Origin: Nymphaea colorata
Taxonomy: Eukaryota
Reading direction: 5' to 3'
Length of the DNA stretch: 64,000 bases
Assembly (NCBI RefSeq): GCF_008831285.2
Contig: NC_045138.2
Span: 39,308,001-39,372,000, forward strand
Positions 38,998 to 51,412 of the stretch are shown piece after piece (within the stretch, counting starts at the first letter, position 1; each line of letters opens with the position of its first letter). Under the pieces are notes generated by a model that saw nothing but the letters and a program-made list of their open reading frames with translations, was not told the origin of the DNA and did not search any database. A program made the translations under genes and the position numbers.

Positions 38998-39060
<63 letters not shown>

Positions 39061-39916
39061 TTGTCCGTGGTGCTGCGAACACGAAATAAATTATGATGAA
39101 AGATGATTCGAGCAGAATTCCTAGCCCGTTGATAGTCACCACGGGGAAGTTCTCCCACTCGACGCTAACTACTGGCAGACCATACCAAGTATAAAGAAGA
39201 CAGTTTAAGAGAGCAACAACATAAGGGACGCAGGAGAACTCCTCTGTGCTTCTCTTTCTTATTACCCTTCTAAAGGTTAATCTGCAAGAAGGGAGAAAAG
39301 ACACCATTAATTTACTAATCTTTCTGATGCGTTTTATCTCACCATCTCTGACTTCATGCCCATGCTTGCATGATCACATTCACACATTCACACGCTAGAA
39401 ATGCCATTTTCTTATCATCTTAAAAGTCAAATCAATGTGGTTTTCTGTGAATATGGGACGTTTCATGCAGCATCTGTTATTGATTGAGAGCTCTTCATCT
39501 GTTTACGTACATGGGTGCTGCATATAGGAGCAAAGACGTAGCGTTACCTGCATGAACAAGCAAAGAAAAGTAGGTGGTTAGAGACTTTAGTTAACTATAT
39601 TTCTTGAGAATTTTCGTTTCATAAATTTGCTTGTCATATTACTACTGCAAGTGTTTCCTTAGCTGCTATCCAGAAGCAGTAAGCTAGAAGACTCCATGAT
39701 AGTATTAATTAAAAGACCATGACTTTTGATGGGTAGTTTTACCTATAAATCTCTTCTTAATAAATGATTTGTAATGTAAAATAACATAGTCAGGTTTCCA
39801 AACAAGGAAACCTCTGATCACAGGAAGTATGTAAAACTCGAAAGAGAACAATGTCAACTTAAACATAAGAAAGAGAGAGTACCCAAGATCCCTGCAATCA
39901 AATGCATGCAGCCCAT
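37391..39916 (-). CDS. SWEET3: SWEET sugar transporter (clade I, SWEET3-like), copy B, 258 aa, 6 exons
   Basis: Exons 39916-39883, 39547-39511, 39281-39059, 38694-38533, 38409-38290 and 37591-37391 (777 nt). Motifs [55 protein letters not shown]. Confidence 0.93.
39000..39057. repeat. (GA)n microsatellite fused to the intron-3 donor of SWEET copy B
   Basis: Minus strand reads AAG|GT(CT)n, about 28 units. Confidence 0.95.
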
Positions 39917-40000
39917 AGCTCCTACAACTGAAATTGTCGAAGCATATAAAATAAGAGAAGAGAACGGGTCGCTGGTAGATGACGCTTGGTGAGTGAAGGG

Positions 40001-40009
40001 GTATTTATA
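40001..40009 (-). promoter_or_regulatory. TATA box of SWEET copy B
   Basis: TATAAATAC ~85-93 nt upstream of the ATG at 39916. Confidence 0.7.
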
Positions 40010-40807
40010 GTGCTCATAGTGGAAAAACAGGAGAAGAAATGGATGACAGCCACTGAAACCTTACCTGATAGGATTCTTAAAAGAGAAAAATGGAAGTTTT
40101 TATCGTAATTATTTATTATAGCAGATAATATTGCAACAATTTGCACATAATTTTTCTAGTACTTTCTGTTTTTCATAGACGCTGATTAACAGTGATCTTC
40201 CGCACCATCAAGCACACCTATGACTAAGCAATGACTAGGAACCACGTCATTTCTAGTGCATAGATCGACGGCCAGGAGCGCGAGATCTGCACAAAATCAT
40301 GACATGAACACTACTTCCTCTGTAACTTAATTTGCTAAAATTCCTGGGCATTTAGCTGTGATCGATTATCAGGTTTATATTCTCGAAGCACCTTTTTCAT
40401 ATCCTTGACCACTAAATCAATTGGTTTATCGTAATTTAGCTTCTAGATAATGATTAAAAGGAGAGTTCGTGAAGGGAGACAAGAATATATAAAATTGGAG
40501 CATCAAGGATGACATTCTTAGTTCTGTTCTCTGCTTGAGTGGAATTAGATGATACGAATTCCACTAAGCCCAACTTGAGACACCAGGGTTGCCCACGTTC
40601 CCATGCTATCAAATGTTTGAATATTGGAATATAAGTATCACTTACAAAATTATTCTGAGGTCACCAAAACGTGGAAGCTACATTGGTGGGCTAGCTGAGC
40701 GAGAGCTGTCGAGCTGGTCCCGATTGCATCAGACAACTTATCCAGGAAACTTTTTAACTTGACCAGAGAAGCAGTCACATTTTTTTCCGGATATGCTTAC
40801 CTTGTCG

Positions 40808-41335
40808 ACCAAGGAGGTGCATGCTAGTTACGATTTCCTGTTCTGCTTTTCCGTTGGCGTTTGACATCTCTTTTTCACTAGAAAGAATGCAGCAACGAGG
40901 TGCATGCTAGTTACCATTTCCTGTTCTGCTTTTCCATTGGCGTTTGACATCTCATTTTCGCTAGAAGGAATGCACCAAAGAGGTGCATGCCAGTTACCAT
41001 TTCCTGTTCTGCTTTTTGGTCGGCGCTGGCATTTCAAATCTTTCACTATGAAGAATGCACCAATGAAGTGCACGCTAGTTACCATTTCCTGTTCTGCTTT
41101 CCCGTTGGCGCTTGACATTTCTCTTTTTCACTTGAAAGAATGCACCAAGGAGGTGCATGCTAGTGACCATTTCCTGTTCTGCTTGTCCATTGGCGTCTGT
41201 CGACATTTCTCTTTTTCACTATAAAGAACGCACGAAGCAGGTGTATGCTGGTTACCATTTGCTGCTCTACTTTTGCATCGGCGTCAGACATTTAGGATAT
41301 CCTTGTCTTGTTCACGAGAAAGAATGCACACTTAG
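40808..41335. repeat. Tandem array, ~83-88-bp unit x6
   Basis: Anchor (G/A)GTG(C/T)A(T/C)GC...GTTACCATTTCCTGTTCTGC at ~40816, 40899, 40982, 41067, 41152 and 41240. Confidence 0.93.
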
Positions 41336-43924
41336 CGGTTGTACCAACAAAAGTTTTTTGAATTAATAGTGATGGCTCTGCAAATTTTGAAGAGCATGAG
41401 CATATAATATGATCTGCCAAACGACGATGGTGCAAGGATCTGACGTCCCTACCGGTAGCCAGTGCAGTGAGAAATATTTACCGCCATGGTAATTGGCTGT
41501 CCTGATGTCATCGTGCATGAAAAGTACAAACCAAAGATTTCAAAGCAAAATCGGTCCCATGAACGGAACCGATCGGAGGGATTTAAACAGGTCGAATCTA
41601 GGACAGCTGAATAGAGTCTAGAGGCCAGGTCCTGGTCGTGTCTGACATACCAAAAGTGGCAAAATTCACACACATTGAATCTGTCCCATTGGAGTCCCTG
41701 TATCAGGACAGTGGAGTTAATTGTTGGTTCTGTTGGTCTCGCACACTATAGATCGAGAAGAGACAAACACATAGGAAGATGGGAGATTTTAAGTGTGATC
41801 TGCGTAAGGGCAGGGTCAGATTGAGATCAGACTCCACACTTCTCCAACAGGTTCATGGATCTACGGCACCATGTTTTGGCAGACCACATGATGCACTTTT
41901 ACGGCGAAAAGTGAAAAGTCAAATGCTACTGCTGATCGATCCCTAGTTTTTATCAAGTGGGTTCAGATTTTCTTCCAACTTGCTGAACACTCCCATGATC
42001 ACATAAAGAATGAGAAATCATATAAATTGAGTATGAAAATTTCAGCTAAGATAGGAAGAATGATTACCCGAAAGTTGGTCATTGTAGGAGTGACATGGCT
42101 CCAAGCAAATTCCGTCCGCACTTTTCGAACTTGGCCTTGATTCTCCTCTCCTTTTTAGAGCTTTTGCCTCTGCATCTTTTTAAATTTTGCGGTCTAAAAC
42201 AGCACGCATGTTTCATTCAGCTGCTTTGCTCCTATGCTAAACCCCATTCCCCCCAGAAAATTCCGAATGATTATTCTTTTGCTAATGCATGCCTCCACTA
42301 ACTTCAACTTTTCTGAAGCTGTTCTTTTCTGTCTGCACATGCTCTGCCTTTTCACCTGTGTATTCTTTTGTCTGCAGGAGACCCTTTTAGTGGAACTAAT
42401 AATCCCACTCATCCTGCTTATCAACTTTATGTGATGACCACCATCGATCAAAGCTTATATTTTTTTACTTTTTGTGATGATCAACATTGACAAAGGTTGC
42501 ATTGAGCAGTCTTCGAGTCAAGATTTCATGTACTTATTCGAGAATTTATAGATTAGAGCACGATGATTTTGGGTCTCATTGTTGTGTCAATGTCTGAGCG
42601 TGAAAGTGGGCGGATCTCCTTGGGAATGCAAGAAAGAATATTTCTTTCTCCCCTGAAAAGAAAAAAATATATTCTCCTGAAAGGCACTCATGGAATTTTT
42701 CCTTTCATGTTCTGAGATTGCATATCATCTACGAACTCTTTGATCTATACTTTGAGTTTGCATCTTGTCGAGTCTCTCCAAAATTAATCGAGCAATTTGT
42801 TCGCTGCTGCCCAAAAAGTTGAAAAGTGCAGTACATGATTCTCGATTCTTGGTGTATGGCTATATCGAAAGTAATATCGAGAACAAGCAAATCGCATATA
42901 TTTCTTTGCATACCCATCATTGAGAAATTGCTGAATCTTAAATAGAACAAGAATTCAGATTGAACCAGTATGAAGTTTCATAAATCGTACCCGTGTATAT
43001 ATTTTTGTTGGTCCAATACCAAATTCTGATCGGTTGTTCTTTCATTTTGTTGTTATTAAACCTTATTACATACAAACACACACGCACACCTCTTAAAATG
43101 GGCTTGCTTGCACGCACAGGATCGCGCTTTGTCAAATTTTGTGAGTAATTCCTTTAACTTGATTTATAAATATATTGCTGAGTGAGATGTTTATGCCACT
43201 GTTCGAGTGAGAGATGAAGTCTCATTCCCTTGTACCCTGGATCCATGGCTGTGTCGATGCTGGGTTGGAGCTCGTGCAGTACTTTAACTTATCTATTGCT
43301 TCTTTTCTAGTGATACAAAACGACAGTGCCCATGCCATTGAAACTAGTAACCTGCCGTTTATCAGCCACTGACTCGACCTGGTTAATTGGTTTTTTTTAT
43401 TTTATTTACAGTTTTAGGGTTTTCCTTCGCCAGTCATCTTTTTTTGCCTAAAAGCCAGCTGAATCTGAGAAGCAGATGGAATTTGACCCATAGTTCCGAG
43501 TATTAAAGTCCTGGCCACCTTTTCAAGCTGAAGGAGTCTAAGTCAACCACATAGTCAGATACATGGAGCGGTTGCCGACCAAATTCACAACTCAAGATCC
43601 AACAACAAAATATGGTAGCTTTATGGGCGTTTGAAAGTTGTAGACCCTTATTAATATATGTTAGCAAGTTGGAACGAGCCATTAGCTTTAAGAATATGGG
43701 CGTTTCCACATCACGAAGCACATGCATGAAAAAAATTTGTCTAGTGAAACTCCAGGCCAGAACAGCATTAAGTGCATAAAAAGCTTAAAGACACGAGGCC
43801 ACACGCCCCATATTTGCTCCATGGGTGGTTGACCTCTTAATTCTGGAAAAAATAAATTAATCAACTAAATATGAAACCTCTAAGTGGGCAAATGGAATCT
43901 TGCTTTGGTGAATATTTGTTTAAG

Positions 43925-43961
<37 letters not shown>

Positions 43962-44161
43962 CACCCAGCCATCTAACCAATGCCGCCCATCTAAAGCAGA
44001 TGAATGGTTGAGAAAAAACAAGGAAAAAAATATTTAAGCTAATGTTAGATGACAAAAATACCCATGACCTTTTTATCATTATTTCCTCTCAACCATCCAT
44101 CATATCCAATCAAACAGTGCAGATTAAATTATTAGGTGAATTCAAAAAGCTAGTCACTATT

Positions 44162-44245
<84 letters not shown>

Positions 44246-45000
44246 TTTATGTGTACAACCAGTAGAGCTTAAAAACCAACCGACCAAACTGAACAAGGTT
44301 TGTTGAAGCTCACTTTCTTAATTCATTAGAGTGGCACAAACTTACCTCATATTGACCATGAGGCAAGCCCAAGTCATTTGACAATGAACATAGCTTGTTC
44401 TACTTTCTCTCATGAACTGTTCAATTTACATATTAAGCTAGCTAAGCTTGAACTGGGGTGAGCAGAGCTATCCACCATCCATACGAGGCCTGGAGGACCA
44501 CCGATTCCCTTTGCCTTTGGGGCCACCGATTCCCTTTGCCTTTGGGGTCGTTGCAGCATTGGGGCCTGAGTGTGCAGTGGGAGGCCTTCAGCTCGACAGC
44601 ACACCCCACCTTCAATGGCCCAAGAGGGCCAAGAGAGTAACACTTATGAGAATCGAAATGAGGACGTAACCTCTACTCCGACCAGCTATGTTACAGCCTT
44701 AATGCTAACAGAGCTTAAACTTGAAAGCTTGGGTTGCAATCCAGATTTTACAATTAAAAATTATATAAAAGTTGATAAAACCCTTTCAATTTTGAAATCT
44801 AAAGTAAATTTGTTGTTAAGCCTATATGAATTGACGTGAATGACAGATAAAAGTGAATAAGACATAGATTTGGTATATGAAAGCATATACACCAAATTGA
44901 ATACACTGGTCAGCAGTACTGTATCCAAACGCAAAACATATAATCGGTCTATGTGTGTGCGGTATTTTAAAAAATTAATTAACTAAATATGAAAGCTTCA

Positions 45001-45040
<40 letters not shown>

Positions 45041-45277
45041 AGAGAGAGAGAGCGAGCGAGCTAAGGTTTGTGTGTACAACCAGTAGGGCTTGCATACAGG
45101 ACGACCAAACCGAACAAGGTTTGTTGGAGATCAATTTCTTAATTTATTAGAGTAGCACAAACTTAGCTTATATTGACCATGAGGCAAGCCCAAATCATTT
45201 GATAATGATTCTACTTTCTCTCATGAACTTCGATTTATATAATAAGTTAGCGGAGCTTGAACTCAGGTGAACAGGGT

Positions 45278-45472
45278 CAGGGGCGAAGCGAGGATTTTTT
45301 TAGGGGCGGGCCAAACGGTCCAATGTACTTATTCAAGTAGGGCCAAACTAAACTTGAATCTAAAAAATATATTACCCAACTAAAGAATTTCAATTTTTGT
45401 AATGTAATTTTTTTTTGTTTAGTTAGTTGGAGTGGGGCCATGGCCTAAGTGGGCCCCCTCCCTCCGTACCTG
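45278..45472. mobile_element. hAT-type MITE (~195 bp) with degenerate 8-bp TSD
   Basis: Ends CAGGGGCGAAG ... CTCCGTACCTG, flanked by AACAGGGT / AATAGAGT. It is absent at the paralogous site of the other duplicate copy (~44460). Confidence 0.8.
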
Positions 45473-45715
45473 AATAGAGTTATCCACCACTTGAAGTTTG
45501 AAGGACCTCCGGTTGCCCTATCTTCAGAGTCTTGGTAGCATCGGGGCCTGACTGCACAGCAGGCTACGTTCAACTTGATGGAGCATTCCCCACCTTCAAT
45601 GGCCTAAGAGAGTAGCGCTACTGGCACGCCGCCCTGTCCCAACCAACTATACTATGGCCACTGAGGCTGGAGGAGCTTGAACTTGAAAGCCTAAGTTGCA
45701 ACTGCAATTTTACAA

Positions 45716-45824
<109 letters not shown>

Positions 45825-48723
45825 CTCTAAGCAGATCTTGCTGAATGAGTTATTCATATTATTTTTATAAAAATAAACGGATCCCATCCATGTTACTTTA
45901 ATGTCTATCTAAGATTCGACCTGATCATGCATGAGAGCGTCTTCATTCTTGCAGTGGAGACTTCGTTCCACGAAAATTAAAGATGATAGGGTGCTAGATG
46001 TGCGGTAGAGGACTAGATAATAAATTAGTTGGACTCGAAGACCCAGCTATCGTCTGCATTCAATGTCATGACTATCGAGCACTGACTCAGTGCGGCCGGA
46101 GCTCCAATTAGACCATAACTTGAGTGAAACACGAACATGAGAAAGTTCCGGTAACATGCATCAGTAAAAAGCGACCAATACATGGAATTCCACAATTTTC
46201 GAGCAGCGATTCATCCTCAATCTTTATTTCGAGCATGGAATTATGCTTCAGAGCACTTGAGAAACCAGAAATTTTGGTTTGAAAGACACTAATTCAATAA
46301 CTTTAATGTTTATTTATATATATAAGCAATCAAATATATCAAAACAATAAAGAAACGCTGGCATGGACAACAACAGCCACCATGTGGCTTAGAGTGGAGA
46401 TGTTTAAGAGGGAAAGATAGACGGCCATTTAAAACGAAAGGTTGATCTCCACTTGCAGGATAGGATGGGAGAAGAAAAGATGGTCACGGGTCTGGCTGTT
46501 GTGGAAGGAGGTCGAGACAACTTGGTAGCTTTAATGAGTTACCTTGAATTCAGATGCGATGCGAGAAGCTTTTCATCGGTCTGCTCTTCCTTTAATTGTT
46601 GTGAATTGACTCGCTCTGCAATCAATGCAGATCTATGCAGGTTTTAAATTGGCGAATGGAAGCGGAAGTGTTTATGGACGAACGATGGTTCTTTGGTCGG
46701 GGACCAGCCTGTGCCCAACACGTTACCAGACCCACCCACAGCATCTCCCCCGAAATACATGCTTATTTTTTTTATCATAGGCAGTCATAATAATCACTGC
46801 TGCTGGTCGATAACGAGCATCTGGAGGGATGATTTCACATTTTTAAAACAACTTTCCTCTTGTTTTTTATTTTTGAGTTCTTCCGTTTTCTTTTTTCCAC
46901 TACTTTTGACGTCGTGGGGGTCGCCAGCTCTGTGCTATAATATTAATAGAATTCAATTTGTATATCAACTTTTTAATTATTTTTTTCAGACATCTAAGTT
47001 TGAATATGGCCACATCCACGTGGTCTGGCTTGTAAGTCTTAGAAAAATCCAGTTGAATCCTAGTATGCCCCAAAAATAGTTGATGGTTTATGTATATATG
47101 AAGAGAGAGAGAATCCGGAATCTCTTAGATGCTAGACCTATAAACCATCAACTATTTTGGTTTATGTTGGCATTGATATTTTTAAGATTGATAGTTGAGA
47201 AAAAAAAAAAAAAAAAAGAATACATGTTCTCATGTTCTAAGGTAGGTGCGTTTTGATAATTTTATAAGTAATAACAAACTATTACTATTTCATTAACATT
47301 GGGGATGGAGGTGTCCTCTTTATATTAAATTTTATTTTTTTAAAATATTTTTTTATTACCTATTTTCGTTACTGGGCACCAGTATTTTGCTCCAACAATT
47401 GCAGCTGAGATTAAGACTGGACAACCGGGCTTGACTGGACCACATTTAGGCCGAGCACCCGATAAGTCTCAGTTAGCTGGCCAACGCCCTGCCCATTGCC
47501 CTTCACAAATCAAGCATACAGTAGACTCCGACATTTTTGCCAGATTCAATTTCAGCTGTGTGGTTATTATAAAAGGTTCGATTACCTGGATAAGGCCTGA
47601 GCTCATTGATTTTTTTTGTAATTATAAATTTGAATAACTTGACCACATCTACACAGTTAAATTGGTTAGACCCAGCAAAAGTCCGGCTTAACCATGGTAT
47701 GGCCAAGAAAGTTCATGTTTATATGAACTTAAAGGTTGTTTGGTAGCAGCGACATTTTGTGAGTGTCCGATGAATTTGTTTCAAAAACCTGGGTCAGATT
47801 TATGGAGCATTAATACTAGGTTTGTGAATCTGCTTCAATCTTTGAGCAGATTTAAATTTATTTACTTAGTTCAAACCCTGTATTACAAAATTGACCGAGT
47901 TCTTATTGAAGGATGGATTTTAAAAGGCTGTGAATTATGATAATTAATCAACCCCAAGAAAAACCTCAGAATCCATGTGCATGATGATTAATTATATCAT
48001 CGGCAGTAGGCCTAAGGCTGTGAGGCCTTTGAATTGGAGCAACATAGGCGACTTATGCAACTCCATTGCTTTCATTTATACCTAGATTCATATGTTTTTA
48101 ACTACAACCAAATGTTTCTAAAAGAACTTATATGTTCATAGATTCAAGATTGCAATCGCAACTTTGAATCCGATGCTCATCTGAGAACCGGTCAAACAAA
48201 CAATGGATTTCAGATCCACAGCTTTCCAATGTAAAACAGATTCGAAATCCAACACGAAAGTCGAAACAGTCGACGGAGAACATCTATTAATGGCAGCAAT
48301 AAATTCAATACGGGACGGTCCTAACAGACAGCGATGTGTTTTTGTTCTGATGCAATCCTTCTGAAGGAAAGCCACCGTTGCAGATTTAATATCGAAAGAA
48401 TATGAATGAATGAATGAAGCAGAGACCGTAGAAGCAGCAAGTTAGGAAAGCTAGCCTAAGCACCGGCAACAAGGCCTACAAACCTTATCCTATCCGTCAC
48501 ATCTGAATTTATCTCTACCTGAAGAGATAGGACCACCGTTGAAATTTGAAGGAAGTTTCTGCAGCATGAGATGAATGTTCTCTCGCAGCCGCAGCCGCAC
48601 CACCTTCTAGTCTCCATTCCATCTTTTTAAGGACTACATAGCCACCAACTAGTCTATCAAAGCTTGGGTTCCATTCCATCAAAGCTAGAAACCACGACCA
48701 CAAATCGCATAACAACTATATTT

Positions 48724-48998
48724 ATAAATCCTATAAGATTCTTTTTAATTTTATATACAAGACTAAACTTTTGAGGTGTTATAACCCACCTCTATAAAGC
48801 ATATCCATATGCATGAGCTCTCTCTGATACCAAACGGTGTGATTCTACCTGCTAGCAGTTTCGTTTTTAAATTTTCTAAGATTCTTCGTAATTTTAAATA
48901 CAAAATTAAACTTTTGAGGTGTTACATATAAACCCTTTATAAATTCTCTAAGATTCTTCATAATTTTAGCTACAAAACTAAACTTTTGAGGTGTTACA
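48724..48998. repeat. Three related ~60-bp AT-rich direct repeats
   Basis: taagattctt...taatttta...tacaa...taaacttttgaggtgtta at ~48724, ~48868 and ~48938. Confidence 0.8.
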
Positions 48999-49222
48999 TG
49001 TAAAAATAAAAAAAATGAGGCTATAAACTACTGAGCTTAAAGGGTTGGGCTGAATGCTGTGAAAGAAGATTCCATGGCCAAAAGATGCATAAAAAAGAGA
49101 AAGAGAAATGTCAAACTAATGACATGCTAAAGGTGCAGGCTGATGACCCAGTTCAATGGTGTCATGGAAAAACAAATGTGCTTTAAGAGGCACATTCTCT
49201 ACCTTTCGCCCACACAAGCGGG

Positions 49223-49412
49223 CAAGGGTGGAACCTATATTTTATTCAGGGGCGGGCCGATAGTCTAACTTCTGGATCCGGGTAGGGCCAAACTGAATTC
49301 AAATCCAAAAAATACATGGCGCAATTAAAATTTTTTATTTTTCAACGTAATTCTTTTTTTCATTGGGTGGGGTGAGGCCATGGCCTAGGCGAGCCCCCTC
49401 CCTCCGCCCCTG
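49223..49412. mobile_element. hAT-type MITE of the same family as 45278-45472
   Basis: Ends CAAGGGTGGA ... TCCGCCCCTG. Shared internal blocks aggggcgggcc, gtagggccaaact and ggccatggccta. Flanks CAAGCGGG / CATGCAGG. Confidence 0.8.
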
Positions 49413-51412
49413 CATGCAGGGTTTTATAAGAAAAAAGTTTCGTAATGGGTTTACTCAATGTGTTTTTAGATAACGAGAGCAGTATTTCATCCCACTGACC
49501 AAAGAGAGAGCCGAAGCCACCACCCCTTCCCCTAGTTTGGTGGACATTTCTGATCATTCCAAAGTACTGCTCTTTCTCAGCAACACAGCATGGGTGAGAA
49601 GCATCTACCGTGGCTAGTTATTGATTTTGCGGTCCTTGGAGCCCGTAGTCGACTCTCAAGTGATGTCCCTGTCTTCCTTGAGTGGTCAGTTCTTTTGCTG
49701 TACATATCTCCCCATTCCTTGTTGGCATAGGTGGAGGCTTTTACTGGGAAACCAACGACTGGTTGCTCCGGTTCAATTCCAAATTTAAAATTCGGACTGA
49801 GGCATGAAATTTTTATGAATTATTTAAATGTAATTTTATTACATGAAAATGTATTTCAATAAAAAATATAAAAAGTTAAGGAAAAGCAGAAGTAATAATA
49901 GAAGCAACCCTTGCATGTATTTCGTAACAATTTTATCACGATTAGATCGATGATCAATGTATTCTTAGTACAGGTACGCTTCTCGTGGTGTTTTTGAGAG
50001 GACAACACAATGGACCTTTTTATAAACATAACAATGGACAAAAAGTAAACTTACCAATGCTTTTAGTTATCTACCAAAGAAAACTTAAATCTGTCTTTAA
50101 CAATATCTAAAAATTTAGGTGTCTTGAAAATTTTGCCCCTATATCCTGATAACGTCTACAAGTTGTCCTTATAAAAGTATGCCGTCTCCGCAGGCTCTGC
50201 CGTCTCTTCTTTTCCAAAGAAATCCTGTCACTGTGGCGAATATAAAACGTACAAACTGCAGACACGGAATTTACTTATTTGTCTCGCAGTTCAGGTCGGC
50301 TGCAGCATATATATATATATATATATATATATGTATTTAATTTCCTTACGATACAGCTGGGAATTTGATGGCGCATTTTCTTTCTTTGGAATACAAATTT
50401 GATAGTGTTATTGTAACCTTTCATTTTCCTTCCGAATGAGTTATCCCTGCACCGGATGAAAGCTAAAGTTCCCATCTTTTTCTTTGCTTTTAAGATTTAG
50501 GGTTTGCATTTATACCCAAAAAATAAAATAATCAGGTGCTTGAAGAAGAAACTAAAGCACTTCGTTTTGGTATATTTCGAGTAGCACCCATTAGAATTGG
50601 TTAGCGACACAAACTTCAAGGTTGTTCGGGTTTGTCTCCCTTTTTTTAATTTCAGGAGACAAAAGCATGGCCAGGCTGAAATTTCTTTGACAGAAAAGAA
50701 ACAGTTCAAGTAAAAAAGAAAAAAAAAAACTTGAAACTGTTGTTGTTATCCCCACTAAAAGTTGAGCCCCTTTTTCTTAGTCCAGCACCTGATTGCTTTA
50801 TCTTTACTTCTGTCACCAAATTATTAAGAGTTCTGCCTACTCATTCAATAGGAGATCCTCAGTTTGTGTTTCAGTTAAATCTACCTATTAAAAGAGAGTG
50901 AAAAAACAAAGTTATTCAACAAAACCAGGTAAAAAAACAAAGTTTCTATAACTCATTTAAAAACTTACTTTTTGTAAAACCTATCATCCAAACGCCTCTT
51001 AATTAAAACTGATGGGTGGTGAATTCAACTACTTGATCTTTCTTTTTTTCCTTTTATTTTAGTGCCCACCAAGCACAGCCTCACAATGCGAAGCAAAAAG
51101 AAGTGTATTGATTAACTCAGTAAACGCCAAATAGTACATCTTAAGCACAGATAAACAACATTTCTTTACAAACCAAAAGACAGTAGGGGCCCGAGAATGG
51201 GCTACTACCAACTAGCACCAGCGAGTAAGAGACACTTCCAAACGGTCGGAACCACCAAAATCTAGTAGAAGTAACCGAGGGGTTTCAGAAGAGATTGAGA
51301 AATGAAAAGGAAAAGCTTAGCACACTCCAAACAGGAAGTAACAAATAAGAAGCCACTGTTCGAGCAGATAGAAGAAGAAATTGTTGAATGGCCTTTTGAT
51401 CCGAATTCCGTA

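Noticed and set aside
40808..41335. Regularly spaced repeats as a CRISPR-like array, and the ORFs across them
   Set aside because: Whole units are homologous with no unique spacers, the context is eukaryotic with no cas genes, and the ORFs are repeat translations.
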